Made by a program: the position numbers and the translations under genes
The notes under the pieces: generated by a model
Told to the model about the DNA's origin: nothing
The model's input: only the letters and a program-made list of their open reading frames with translations
The model's database searches: none
Assembly: GCA_964654285.1 (NCBI GenBank)
Contig: CAZZJC010000017.1
Span: 16,527-80,526, forward strand
Length of the DNA: 64,000 bases
Reading direction: 5' to 3'
Source of the DNA: an uncultured Candidatus Kuenenia sp.
GTDB taxonomy: Bacteria > Planctomycetota > UBA11346
Part shown: piece by piece, positions 29,070 to 37,365 of the stretch
Position numbering within the stretch: the stretch's first letter is position 1
Layout: each line of letters begins with the position of its first letter

Positions 29070-30461
29070 TCACATCAGCGGAATCGGCACCCCCGCCGTC
29101 GCCGCCTGGGCCGGGATCTGGGTGCGTTCGGTGACCAGTTGGGCGAACGAGGCGCTGACGTTGGGGCCGCCGTGCACGACCACGACCTGGCGCGGGCGGT
29201 GCGGCAGGCGGCTGAGCCACCCGAGCAGCTCGTCGCGGTCAGCGTGGCCGCTGAAACCGCGCACCTGCGCGACCTGGGCGTTGACCTCGCGTTCGCCGCC
29301 GAACAAGCGGACGCGCTTGGCGCCCTGCAGGATCTGGCGGCCGAGCGTGCCGTCGGCCTGGTAGCCGACGAACAGCACGAGGTTGCGCGCGTCGCCCAGC
29401 CGCTGCTGGAGATGGTGCTTGATGCGGCCGCCGGTGCACATGCCCGAGCCGGCGATGACGATCATCGGCCCCTGGCGTTCGTTGATCGCCTTGGAGTCCT
29501 CCTGGCCGTGGGTCAGGTGCAGGCCGGGGAAGTCGAGATCGGCGGCGCTGAAGCCGGCGCTGGTCGCCTCGGGATGGGAGCGGAAGACCTCGAGCAGGCG
29601 CTGCGCCATCGGGCTGTCGAGGTAGACCGGCATCGCCGGCAGGCGTTTGGCGCGGAACAGCCGGCCGAGATGCCAGAGCAGCTCCTGCGCGCGTTCGACC
29701 GCGAAGCACGGCACCACCACCGTCCCGCCCCGCTGCGCCGCCGGCAGGATCGCGGCGGCGAGGGCGTCGCCGATGTCGGCGGTGGGTTCGTGCAGGCGGT
29801 CTCCGTAGGTCGATTCGATCACCACCGCATCGCAATCCGTGAGGATCGCGGCATCCGGCACGAGCGGATTGTGGCGCCGGCCGAGATCCCCGCTGAACAG
29901 GACGGTGCGGCGGTCGGCGCCGGTGCCGGCGGTCACCGCGATGCTGGCCGAGCCGAGGATGTGGCCGGCGTGGAAGAAGGCGGCCTCGATGCCGGGGGCG
30001 ATCACGACGCGCTTCCCCATGCCGGCCGGGGTCAAGCGCGCGACCGCTGCCTGGACATCGTCGTCATCGTAGAGCGGCTGGTAGCCGCGTGCGTTTTCGC
30101 GGCCCTCCTTGGCGTGGCGCTTGCGCTTGAAGGCCGCGTCTTCCATCTGCAGGCGGGCCGAATCGGCCATGACGATCGGCGCGATGGCGCAGGTCGCCGG
30201 GGTGGCGTGGACGCGGCCGGTGAAGCCCTGCGCCACCAGGCGCGGCAGCAGGCCGCAGTGGTCGAGATGGCCGTGCGTGAGCAGCACCGCGCTCAGGCTG
30301 GATGCCGGCGGGTTGAAGGCGTCCCAGTTGTGCGCCTGCAGGTGGCGTTCCTGGAACAGCCCGCAGTCGATCAGGACGCGGTGCTGGCCGTATTCCAGGA
30401 GATGGCGGCTGCCGGTGACCGTCCCGGCGGCGCCGAGGCAGGTGAGGATGGGGGTGGGCAT
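29070..30461 (-). CDS. Metallo-beta-lactamase/beta-CASP ribonuclease
   Basis: GAAGTVTGS, DCG, THGHLDH, GHILGS, SGDLG, ESTYG, GSGMCTGGR, FSGHAD, VHG. Confidence 0.93.
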   Translation of the reverse strand: MPTPILTCLGAAGTVTGSRHLLEYGQHRVLIDCGLFQERHLQAHNWDAFNPPASSLSAVLLTHGHLDHCGLLPRLVAQGFTGRVHATPATCAIAPIVMADSARLQMEDAAFKRKRHAKEGRENARGYQPLYDDDDVQAAVARLTPAGMGKRVVIAPGIEAAFFHAGHILGSASIAVTAGTGADRRTVLFSGDLGRRHNPLVPDAAILTDCDAVVIESTYGDRLHEPTADIGDALAAAILPAAQRGGTVVVPCFAVERAQELLWHLGRLFRAKRLPAMPVYLDSPMAQRLLEVFRSHPEATSAGFSAADLDFPGLHLTHGQEDSKAINERQGPMIVIAGSGMCTGGRIKHHLQQRLGDARNLVLFVGYQADGTLGRQILQGAKRVRLFGGEREVNAQVAQVRGFSGHADRDELLGWLSRLPHRPRQVVVVHGGPNVSASFAQLVTERTQIPAQAATAGVPIPLM

Positions 30462-30610
30462 GGCGGACCGTCATCGGGCGCGGGATCGACGGGGTCAACC
30501 GGATGATGGAGGCTGGTCCGGCGGGTGGGGGCACGCCGGGCGGGCAGGGCACCTGTTGCACGTGCGCTCCGCCGGCATGCTCGCGGCCTCACCACGGCGG
30601 AACCGCGTCC

Positions 30611-31435
30611 ATGGATCTCGGGCAACTCCTCGCGTCGGCGTTCATCGGCCTGGTCGAGGGCCTGACCGAGTTCATCCCGGTCTCGTCGACCGCCCACATC
30701 GCGGTGGCGCAGCGGCTGCTCCACTACCAGGACCCGGGCCAGGTCTTCAACGTCACCATCCAGCTCGGCGCCATCGCGGCGGTGTGCTGGCATTTCCGCG
30801 AACGCCTGTGGCGCACCACGACCGGCGTCATCGGGGGCGATGCCGGAGCGCGCTGGTTCGCCGCGATGGTCGCCCTCGCCTGCCTGCCGGCGGTGCTGAT
30901 CGGCATCCCGGCCAACCGTTTCCTCGAGACCCGCATCTTCACCGAAACGGTCGAGCTGCCGCTCATCGCCGCGTCCTGGGCCGTGGGCGGCCTCGCCATC
31001 CTGCTCATCGAACGCCGCCGCCATCGCGACGCCTATCACGACAACGCGGTGCTGCCCTGGCGCATCGCCCTCGGCATCGGCCTCTGCCAGCTGCTCGCCC
31101 TGCTGCCCGGCGTCTCGCGTTCGGGCGCCACCATCCTCGGCGCCCTGCTCATCGGGGTGGCGCGTCCGGCGGCGACCGAGTTCTCGTTCTTCCTCGCCAT
31201 CCCCATCCTGTGCGGGGCGGCGCTGCTGAAACTGGTCAAGCACCACCACGAACTCACCGCCGACCGCGCCCTCGACATCGGCGTCGGCGCGGTGTTCGCC
31301 TTCGTCTCGGCGCTGATCGTCGTGCGCTGGCTGATCCGGTTCGTGTCCAACCACGACTTCACCGGCTTCGCCTGGTACCGCATGGCGGCCGGGCTGGCGC
31401 TTGCCGCGCTGCTGGTCGCCGGGTTGGTGCGCTAG
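30611..31435 (+). CDS. uppP: Undecaprenyl-diphosphatase (BacA)
   Basis: GLVEGLTEFIPVSSTAH, IQLGAIAAV, PGVSRSGAT, ATEFSFFLAIP, FAWYR. Confidence 0.95.
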   Translation: MDLGQLLASAFIGLVEGLTEFIPVSSTAHIAVAQRLLHYQDPGQVFNVTIQLGAIAAVCWHFRERLWRTTTGVIGGDAGARWFAAMVALACLPAVLIGIPANRFLETRIFTETVELPLIAASWAVGGLAILLIERRRHRDAYHDNAVLPWRIALGIGLCQLLALLPGVSRSGATILGALLIGVARPAATEFSFFLAIPILCGAALLKLVKHHHELTADRALDIGVGAVFAFVSALIVVRWLIRFVSNHDFTGFAWYRMAAGLALAALLVAGLVR

Positions 31436-31441
31436 CGGCCG

Positions 31442-32323
31442 CTACAGATCGACGCCGTTCGTGCGGGGTGCGAACGGCGCCTCGGTCCAGGTGCCGACCG
31501 TGAAATGCGCGTCGAGGTCGAGCGGGATCCAGTCCGGCCAGATCTGCTTGCTGCACGGGCCGGCCAGGGCGGCGTTGATGATGGGGTTCAGCATCGGGAT
31601 CTGCGCCTCGCCCAGCCAGGGCAACGCTCCACCGTCGGCCGCGTGTGCGACGCAACGGTCGAGAGTCAGTCTCACCGTTGGACGCAGACCGCCGGGAACC
31701 GGGGTGAAGGAAAACCGCACCGTGCCCTCCAGCCGGGTGATATCGGCGGTCCAGCGCTTGTGGCCGGCGGTCACATCGCAGGTGCCGCGCAGCCGGAAGC
31801 GCACCGTGCGCGGGGCGGGGCCATTGCCGACCTCAGTGGTCGGGGATGTCGGCACGGTGGCGATATCGGCGGCCTGGATCGTGATCCGCTCAATCGCCAG
31901 CAGCGGGGTCTCGACCCGCCGGAAATATGTGGCGATCACGGCGTCTGCCTGGGCCGGAGTGAATGCTCCGTCGACCCGGGTGGTCGCCACGCCACCGACC
32001 ACGGCGGCGAAGGTCGAGGCGTCCGCACCATCACCGTGATGACCGCTCAGGCTGGCGGGCGAACGCGGCAGCCAGGACGGCACCGCGAACCCGTAGTTCC
32101 CGGCGATCGCGGCAGCGACGCGGTTGGGGACGCGGGCGATGACCGTCCGCCCATCCACCGGCGATCCGAACGCGCGTTCGAGCACCACGCCCGGCGCGAC
32201 CTCGCTCGGCAGCCAGTGGTTGGCGATCCCGGCGATGAGGCTGGCGCTGAACCACCATGCCCCCACCAGGGCGAGGATGGTGCCGATGAGCACGATCAGC
32301 AGCAGCCGGCGGAGCAGTTTCAT
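31442..32323 (-). CDS. Hypothetical membrane-anchored protein
   Basis: 293-aa ORF with N-terminal TM helix (MKLLRRLLLIVLIGTILALVGAWWF); converges on uppP. Confidence 0.65.
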   Translation of the reverse strand: MKLLRRLLLIVLIGTILALVGAWWFSASLIAGIANHWLPSEVAPGVVLERAFGSPVDGRTVIARVPNRVAAAIAGNYGFAVPSWLPRSPASLSGHHGDGADASTFAAVVGGVATTRVDGAFTPAQADAVIATYFRRVETPLLAIERITIQAADIATVPTSPTTEVGNGPAPRTVRFRLRGTCDVTAGHKRWTADITRLEGTVRFSFTPVPGGLRPTVRLTLDRCVAHAADGGALPWLGEAQIPMLNPIINAALAGPCSKQIWPDWIPLDLDAHFTVGTWTEAPFAPRTNGVDL

Positions 32324-32393
32324 CGCTGCCCATCAGACACCTGGCGCAGCGTCCTGGCAACCCGCACGCCGGATCAGCACCGACGATGACCCG

Positions 32394-32684
32394 GGCGGCT
32401 TCCAAAGCACATCCCCGCTGCGCGGGGTTCCGGCTGCGCCGGAAGAGTCGGCTTCGCCGTCCCAAGTTCTTGTTTGTCCGGGGGCTGCCCGCCCCCGTAA
32501 CGCGCCTTCGGCGCTCCCCCGTGAGCAGCCTGAAGGCGGCTTCCAAAGCACATCCCCGCTGCGCGGGGTTCCGGCTGCGCCGGAAGAGTCGGCTTCGCCG
32601 TCCCAAGTTCTTGTTTGTCCGGGGGCTGCCCGCCCCCGTAACGCGCCTTCGGCGCTCCCCCGTGAGCAGCCTGAAGGCTGCTCA
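32394..32684. repeat. Exact tandem duplication of a 141-bp multi-hairpin unit plus terminal palindrome
   Basis: 32394-32534 equals 32535-32675; five hairpins per unit; tgagcagcc-tgaa-ggctgctca (32663-32684) overlaps the cobS stop. Confidence 0.92.
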
Positions 32685-33428
32685 GAACCGGGCGATCAGC
32701 ACCAGCAGCACCGCTGCCTCGACGAGCTGGTTGCCGGCGCCGAGCAGATCGCCGCTCTGGCCGCCGAGCCGACGGCGCAGGTAGAGCGCCCACAGGGCGG
32801 TGGCGGTCAGCGCGGCGGCGGCGGCGGGCAGGGCGTGGGGCAGGCCGAGGCGCCAGGCGGCGTAGGTCGCGCCGGCCACGCCCAGGGTCGCCACCACCAG
32901 GGGCGTCCAGCCCAGGCGCGGGCCGATGTCCTTGGCGAGCCCATCCGACAGCGGCGGCAGCAGGCGGATGAGCGGCGCCGCCGTCCAGCGGCCCCAGGCG
33001 CAGGCGAGGGCATAGGCGGCGATCGCGAGCTGGGGGCTGAGCCCGTCGAGGGCGATGAGGAAGGCGACGCGGGCGCTGAGCACGACCCAGAGCGACATCG
33101 CCCCGAAGGCGCCGATGCGCGAATCGCGCATGATGCGCAGCACGGATTCGTTGTCGTGGCCGCCGCCCAGGCCGTCGGCGGCGTCGCTCGCGGCGTCCTC
33201 GTGGAAGCCGCCGGTGAGGATCAGGCCGAACGCCACCGCGAGCACCGCCGCGACCGGCGTGGGCCAATACGGCACGGCGAGGACGAAGACCCCGGCCACC
33301 GCCGCGCCGCAGAGCGCGCCGACGAGGGGGAACCAGGCGAGCGCGCCGGGCAGTTCCTCGGCCGTGGTCGGCCGGCCGGGCACGGGCAGGCGGGTGAGGA
33401 AGCGGAACGCGGCGATGAGCGAACGCAT
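32682..33428 (-). CDS. cobS: Adenosylcobinamide-GDP ribazoletransferase
   Basis: AFRFLTRLPV, WFPLVG, TGGFHEDAASDAADG, IMRDSRIGAFG, GGQSGDLLGA. Confidence 0.93.
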   Translation of the reverse strand: MRSLIAAFRFLTRLPVPGRPTTAEELPGALAWFPLVGALCGAAVAGVFVLAVPYWPTPVAAVLAVAFGLILTGGFHEDAASDAADGLGGGHDNESVLRIMRDSRIGAFGAMSLWVVLSARVAFLIALDGLSPQLAIAAYALACAWGRWTAAPLIRLLPPLSDGLAKDIGPRLGWTPLVVATLGVAGATYAAWRLGLPHALPAAAAALTATALWALYLRRRLGGQSGDLLGAGNQLVEAAVLLVLIARF

Positions 33429-33429
33429 G

Positions 33430-34002
33430 CTACGCCGTTCCCGGGATGGGCCGCACCCCGGTCGGATGCTTGAGCCACAGCGGCAGTCCGGCCACCACCA
33501 GTGCGGCGGCGTGGGCGGCGGCGGCCAGGCGTTGATTGGCGAAACCCTGCAGATCCTGGAAGCCGCGCGAGAGCGCATCGCCCGGCACGATGCCGCTGCC
33601 GACCTCGTTGCTGACCACCGCCACGTCGCAGGGCGGATCGGCAAGCAACGCCGCAAGGCGGTCGACCTCGGCCAGGATCGGCGCCTCGGCCCAGGCGTGG
33701 CGTCCGCCCAGGGCGCAGAGCCACAGCGTGACGCAGTCGACCACCACTGCGCCGGCGCCGGCGGCAGCGATGGCCGCAGCCACGTCGGTCGCGCATTCCC
33801 TGGTCGTCCAGCCGCGCCCGGCGCGATCGGCCTGATGGCGGGCGATGCGCGTCTGCATCTCGGGGTCGTCATGGTGCGGCTCGGCCGTGGCGACGTAGAC
33901 GTGCGGGAGCGGCCCGGCGAGCACCCAGGCCTGGGCCAGGCGTGATTTGCCGCTGCGGGCGCCACCGGTCAGGAACAGGCTGGTCGGCACGGTGTCAGGC
34001 AT
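33430..34002 (-). CDS. cobU: Bifunctional adenosylcobinamide kinase/guanylyltransferase
   Basis: TGGARSGKS, YVATA, EMQTRIARHQADR, DCVTLW, VSNEVGSGIVP, VVAGLP. Confidence 0.93.
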   Translation of the reverse strand: MPDTVPTSLFLTGGARSGKSRLAQAWVLAGPLPHVYVATAEPHHDDPEMQTRIARHQADRAGRGWTTRECATDVAAAIAAAGAGAVVVDCVTLWLCALGGRHAWAEAPILAEVDRLAALLADPPCDVAVVSNEVGSGIVPGDALSRGFQDLQGFANQRLAAAAHAAALVVAGLPLWLKHPTGVRPIPGTA

Positions 34003-34017
34003 CGTCAGGCAGGCTCT

Positions 34018-34032
34018 CGGCACGGTGCTGGC
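34018..34032 (+). promoter_or_regulatory. Weak candidate sigma-54 (-24/-12) promoter for amtB
   Basis: CGGCACG-GTGC-TGGC keeps GG-N10-GC spacing with two mismatches to TGGCACG-N4-TTGC; chance matches are likely in high-GC DNA. Confidence 0.25.
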
Positions 34033-34163
34033 GAGCAAGGCGTGGCGAAACGCGCGGCTGCGACGAACTGTTTAACCGGTAACCACAAACCGGCTGTTGA
34101 CGCTGCTCGAGTAAGCAGTCTTTTTTGCGCCCCACCCGCCTACCAGGAAATCCGGAGCGCGCG

Positions 34164-35519
34164 ATGACCTTCCCAGGAACCCGATTCATGTCCTTGGCCG
34201 CCGTGCTCATGGCCGGCGTTGCCGCCAGTCTGGGCGCGGCAGAAACGGCTGCCGCCGCGCCAGCGGCCGCCGCCAGTGCGCCGCCGGTCATCAACACCGG
34301 CGACACCGCCTGGGTGATGGTGTCGGCGGCCTGGGTGCTGTTCATGACCATCCCCGGCCTGGCGCTGTTCTACGGCGGCCTGGTCCGCACCAAGAACGTG
34401 CTGACCATCCTGGTGCAGTGCTTCGCGGTCACCGCGCTCATCACCGTGCTGTGGATCGTCTACGGGTACTCGCTCTGCTTCACCGATGGCGGTGCGCTCA
34501 ACAGCGTGATCGGCGGCTGGTCGAAGGCGTTCCTGCTCGGGGTGAAGGCCGACAGCGTCACCGGCAGCGATCCGGCCCACCTCATCCCCGAAACCGTCTT
34601 CTGCTGCTTCCAGCTCACCTTCGCCATCATCACCCCGGCGCTGCTGGTGGGCGCCTTCGCCGAACGCCTGCGCTTCGGCGTGGTGCTCGCGTTCTCGGCC
34701 CTGTGGTTCACCCTCGTCTACATCCCGATCTGCCACATGGCCTGGGGTGGCGAGAAGACCCTCTTCGCGGTGTGGGGCCTGAAGGACCTCGCCGGCGGCA
34801 CGGTGGTCGAGATCAACTCCGGCATCGCCGGCCTGGTCGCCGCGCTGGTGGTCGGGCGCCGCACCGGCTACCCGCATGAGCCGATGATGCCGCACAACGT
34901 GGTCATGTGCCTCACCGGCGGCGCCATGCTGTGGGTCGGCTGGTTCGGCTTCAACGCCGGCAGCGCGGTGTCCGCCAACGGCCAGGCCGGCATGGCGATG
35001 CTGACCACCCAGATCGCCGCCGCCGCCGCCGCGCTGGCCTGGATGCTCATCGAATACATCAAGTACCGCAAGGTCAGCGCCCTCGGCCTGGTCACCGGCG
35101 CGGTCGGCGGCCTGGTCGCGATCACCCCGGCCTGCGGCTACGTCGGCCCCGGTGGAGCCCTGGTGATCGGCGCCGTCGCCGGCGCGGCCTGCTGGACGGC
35201 GGTGGCGGTGATCAAGCGCCGGGCCGGTTACGACGACACCCTCGACGTGTTCGGCGTCCACGGGGTCGGCGGCCTGATCGGCACCTTCCTCACCGGCGTG
35301 TTCTGCGTGCCGTGGCTTGGCGGTCAGAACGACGTCGCGATGGGCACCCAGGTCTGGGCCCAGCTCAAGGCCATGGCGGTGACCGTCGCCTGGTCGGGAA
35401 TCGGCACCTTCGCCATCATGAAGATCCTCGATCTCACCGTCGGCGTGCGCGCCAAGCCGGCGCAGGAATTCAGCGGCCTGGACGTCGCCCAGCACGGCGA
35501 AGCCGCCTACAACCACTGA
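34164..35519 (+). CDS. amtB: Ammonium transporter
   Basis: GDTAW, PGLALFYGGLVR.KN, FQLTFAIITPAL, DLAGGTVV, LWVGWFGFNAGS, DDTLDVFGVHG, GLD..QHGEAAY. Confidence 0.96.
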   Translation: MTFPGTRFMSLAAVLMAGVAASLGAAETAAAAPAAAASAPPVINTGDTAWVMVSAAWVLFMTIPGLALFYGGLVRTKNVLTILVQCFAVTALITVLWIVYGYSLCFTDGGALNSVIGGWSKAFLLGVKADSVTGSDPAHLIPETVFCCFQLTFAIITPALLVGAFAERLRFGVVLAFSALWFTLVYIPICHMAWGGEKTLFAVWGLKDLAGGTVVEINSGIAGLVAALVVGRRTGYPHEPMMPHNVVMCLTGGAMLWVGWFGFNAGSAVSANGQAGMAMLTTQIAAAAAALAWMLIEYIKYRKVSALGLVTGAVGGLVAITPACGYVGPGGALVIGAVAGAACWTAVAVIKRRAGYDDTLDVFGVHGVGGLIGTFLTGVFCVPWLGGQNDVAMGTQVWAQLKAMAVTVAWSGIGTFAIMKILDLTVGVRAKPAQEFSGLDVAQHGEAAYNH

Positions 35520-35654
35520 CGGTGCTTGCGCCCCAGCCCGACTGCGCCGCCTCGCGTTGCCGGGCACTCATCGGCGGGGGGCGCTGCGCTGGCCCGCTTG
35601 CGGCTGGGATCCTCCGATTGCACCGGATGCTGGGGCGCCAGCATCCGGCCCGCC

Positions 35655-36425
35655 ATGAGCTACCTTCAGATCCGGTATGGCAGCGCACCTTTGGGCAAGG
35701 CGTGCAGCCTGCACGCGGTGGTGCCCGATCGGCCGGGGCCGCATCCGGCGGTGTACCTGCTGCATGGGCTCAGCGACGACGATTCGATCTGGCAGCGGCG
35801 GACCGCGATCGAGCGCTACGCCGATGCGCTGGGGATCGCGGTGGTGATGCTGGATGGGGCGAAGTCGTTCTATTGCGATCTGCCGCACGGAGCGGGCGAC
35901 TACGAGCGCCACATCCTGGAATCGATCGCCACCTGCGAACGTCTGCTGCGCCTCAGGCCCGAACGGTCGGCCCGTGCGATCGGCGGGCTGTCGATGGGCG
36001 GGGGCGGGGCGATCCGCATCGCGCTGCGGCATCCGCAGCTCTTCGCCTCGGCGCACAGCCATTCGGCCCTTTTCGATCCGGCCCGCTATTTCGCTCCTGG
36101 CCCGGCGAAGATGCGCAAGGACTGGATCGGCGGGGCGCTGTTCGCCGCGTTCGGCGCCCGGCTGCCGGCTGCCGCCGATCCTTTCAAGCAGGCGCGCGCC
36201 GCGGCGCGATCGGGCAAGCCGCTGCCGGCGCTGCACCTCGACTGCGGCAGCGAGGACTTCCTTGTCGATCACAACCGCCGTTTCCACGCCCTGCTCGACC
36301 GCCTCGGCATCACGCACACCTACGTCGAACATCCTGGCGCGCACGGCTGGGATTACTGGGATCGCCACATCCCGGCCGCGCTGGCCTTCCATGCGCGGGC
36401 CTTCGGCCTGAAGCCGGCGACCTGA
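35655..36425 (+). CDS. Alpha/beta-hydrolase esterase family protein
   Basis: YLLHGLSDD, GLSMGG nucleophile elbow, DCGSEDFL, GAHGWDYW. Confidence 0.88.
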   Translation: MSYLQIRYGSAPLGKACSLHAVVPDRPGPHPAVYLLHGLSDDDSIWQRRTAIERYADALGIAVVMLDGAKSFYCDLPHGAGDYERHILESIATCERLLRLRPERSARAIGGLSMGGGGAIRIALRHPQLFASAHSHSALFDPARYFAPGPAKMRKDWIGGALFAAFGARLPAAADPFKQARAAARSGKPLPALHLDCGSEDFLVDHNRRFHALLDRLGITHTYVEHPGAHGWDYWDRHIPAALAFHARAFGLKPAT

Positions 36426-36459
36426 ACCTTTCCATCCCCACGACCATATCGGATTCCCC

Positions 36460-37287
36460 ATGCCCAACGTTCCCCATCCCGCTCCGCTCCATCTCACCGG
36501 CCTGCTCGCCGGCAAGGCGATCCTGGTCACCGGCGCCGCCAGCGGCCTGGGGCTCGGCATCGCGCGCGGCCTGCATCGCGCCGGCGCCAAGGTCTGCTTC
36601 ACCGATGTCGACGAGACCGGTCTGGCGCAGGTCGCCGCCGGCATCAATGACCCGGCGAATGTGCACACGGCGAAGCTCGATGTCACCAACGAAGCCAGCG
36701 TGCAGGCGGCGTTCGCCGCGTGCGTGGCGCGCTTCGGCGGCCTCGACGGCCTGGTCTGCGCCGCCGGCATCGCGCCGGCCTTCAACCTGGTCGACTTCCC
36801 GCTCGACAAGTGGGAGCTCAGCCTGCGCATCAACCTGACCGGCTATTTCCTCTGCGGCCGCGAAGCCGCGCGCATCTTCCTCAAGCAGAATCGCGGCGGC
36901 GCGATGGTGCTGCTCTCGAGCAAGTCCGGCCTGGAGCCGAGCAAGGCCAACAGCGCCTACAACGCGACCAAGGCCGGCGAGCTGCACCTCGCGCGCGGCT
37001 GGGCGCTCGAACTCGGGCGCGAGGGCGTGCGGGTGAACTGCATCTCGCCCGGCAACGTGTTCGAAGGATCGAAGATCTGGAACCCGACCTACATCGCCGA
37101 GCGCGCCAAGGCCAAGGGCCTGAAACCGGAAGAGGTCATCCCGAGCTACATCGCCCAGACCGCGCTCAACCGCGACATCAAGCCCGACGACATCGCCAAC
37201 ACCGCCGTCTGGCTGCTCTCCGACGCCGCCCGCTGCGTCACCGGCCAGGTGATCATCGTCGATTCGGGGCAGGTGTACGCGCGTTGA
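36460..37287 (+). CDS. SDR oxidoreductase (RhaD C-terminal/SrlD-like)
   Basis: TGAASGLG, YNATK, VRVNCISPG, GSKIWN. Confidence 0.9.
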   Translation: MPNVPHPAPLHLTGLLAGKAILVTGAASGLGLGIARGLHRAGAKVCFTDVDETGLAQVAAGINDPANVHTAKLDVTNEASVQAAFAACVARFGGLDGLVCAAGIAPAFNLVDFPLDKWELSLRINLTGYFLCGREAARIFLKQNRGGAMVLLSSKSGLEPSKANSAYNATKAGELHLARGWALELGREGVRVNCISPGNVFEGSKIWNPTYIAERAKAKGLKPEEVIPSYIAQTALNRDIKPDDIANTAVWLLSDAARCVTGQVIIVDSGQVYAR

Positions 37288-37365
37288 GCGGTCAACCGGC
37301 CACGTCCGCCGGTTGAATCACGGGCCAGACGCGGGATCCCAAGCCGAACCCGAGGACATCCAGGT

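Noticed and set aside
32664-32675. Resemblance of AGCAGCCTGAA to a Neisseriaceae DNA-uptake sequence dialect
   Set aside because: Seen only inside this repeat, not dispersed through the window.
32394-32684. CRISPR array or coding repeat
   Set aside because: Two identical 141-bp units with no unique spacers and no cas genes; ORFs across it are shadows.
34003-34120. Cobalamin riboswitch upstream of cobU
   Set aside because: No recognisable B12-box and the interval is short and shared with the amtB promoter.
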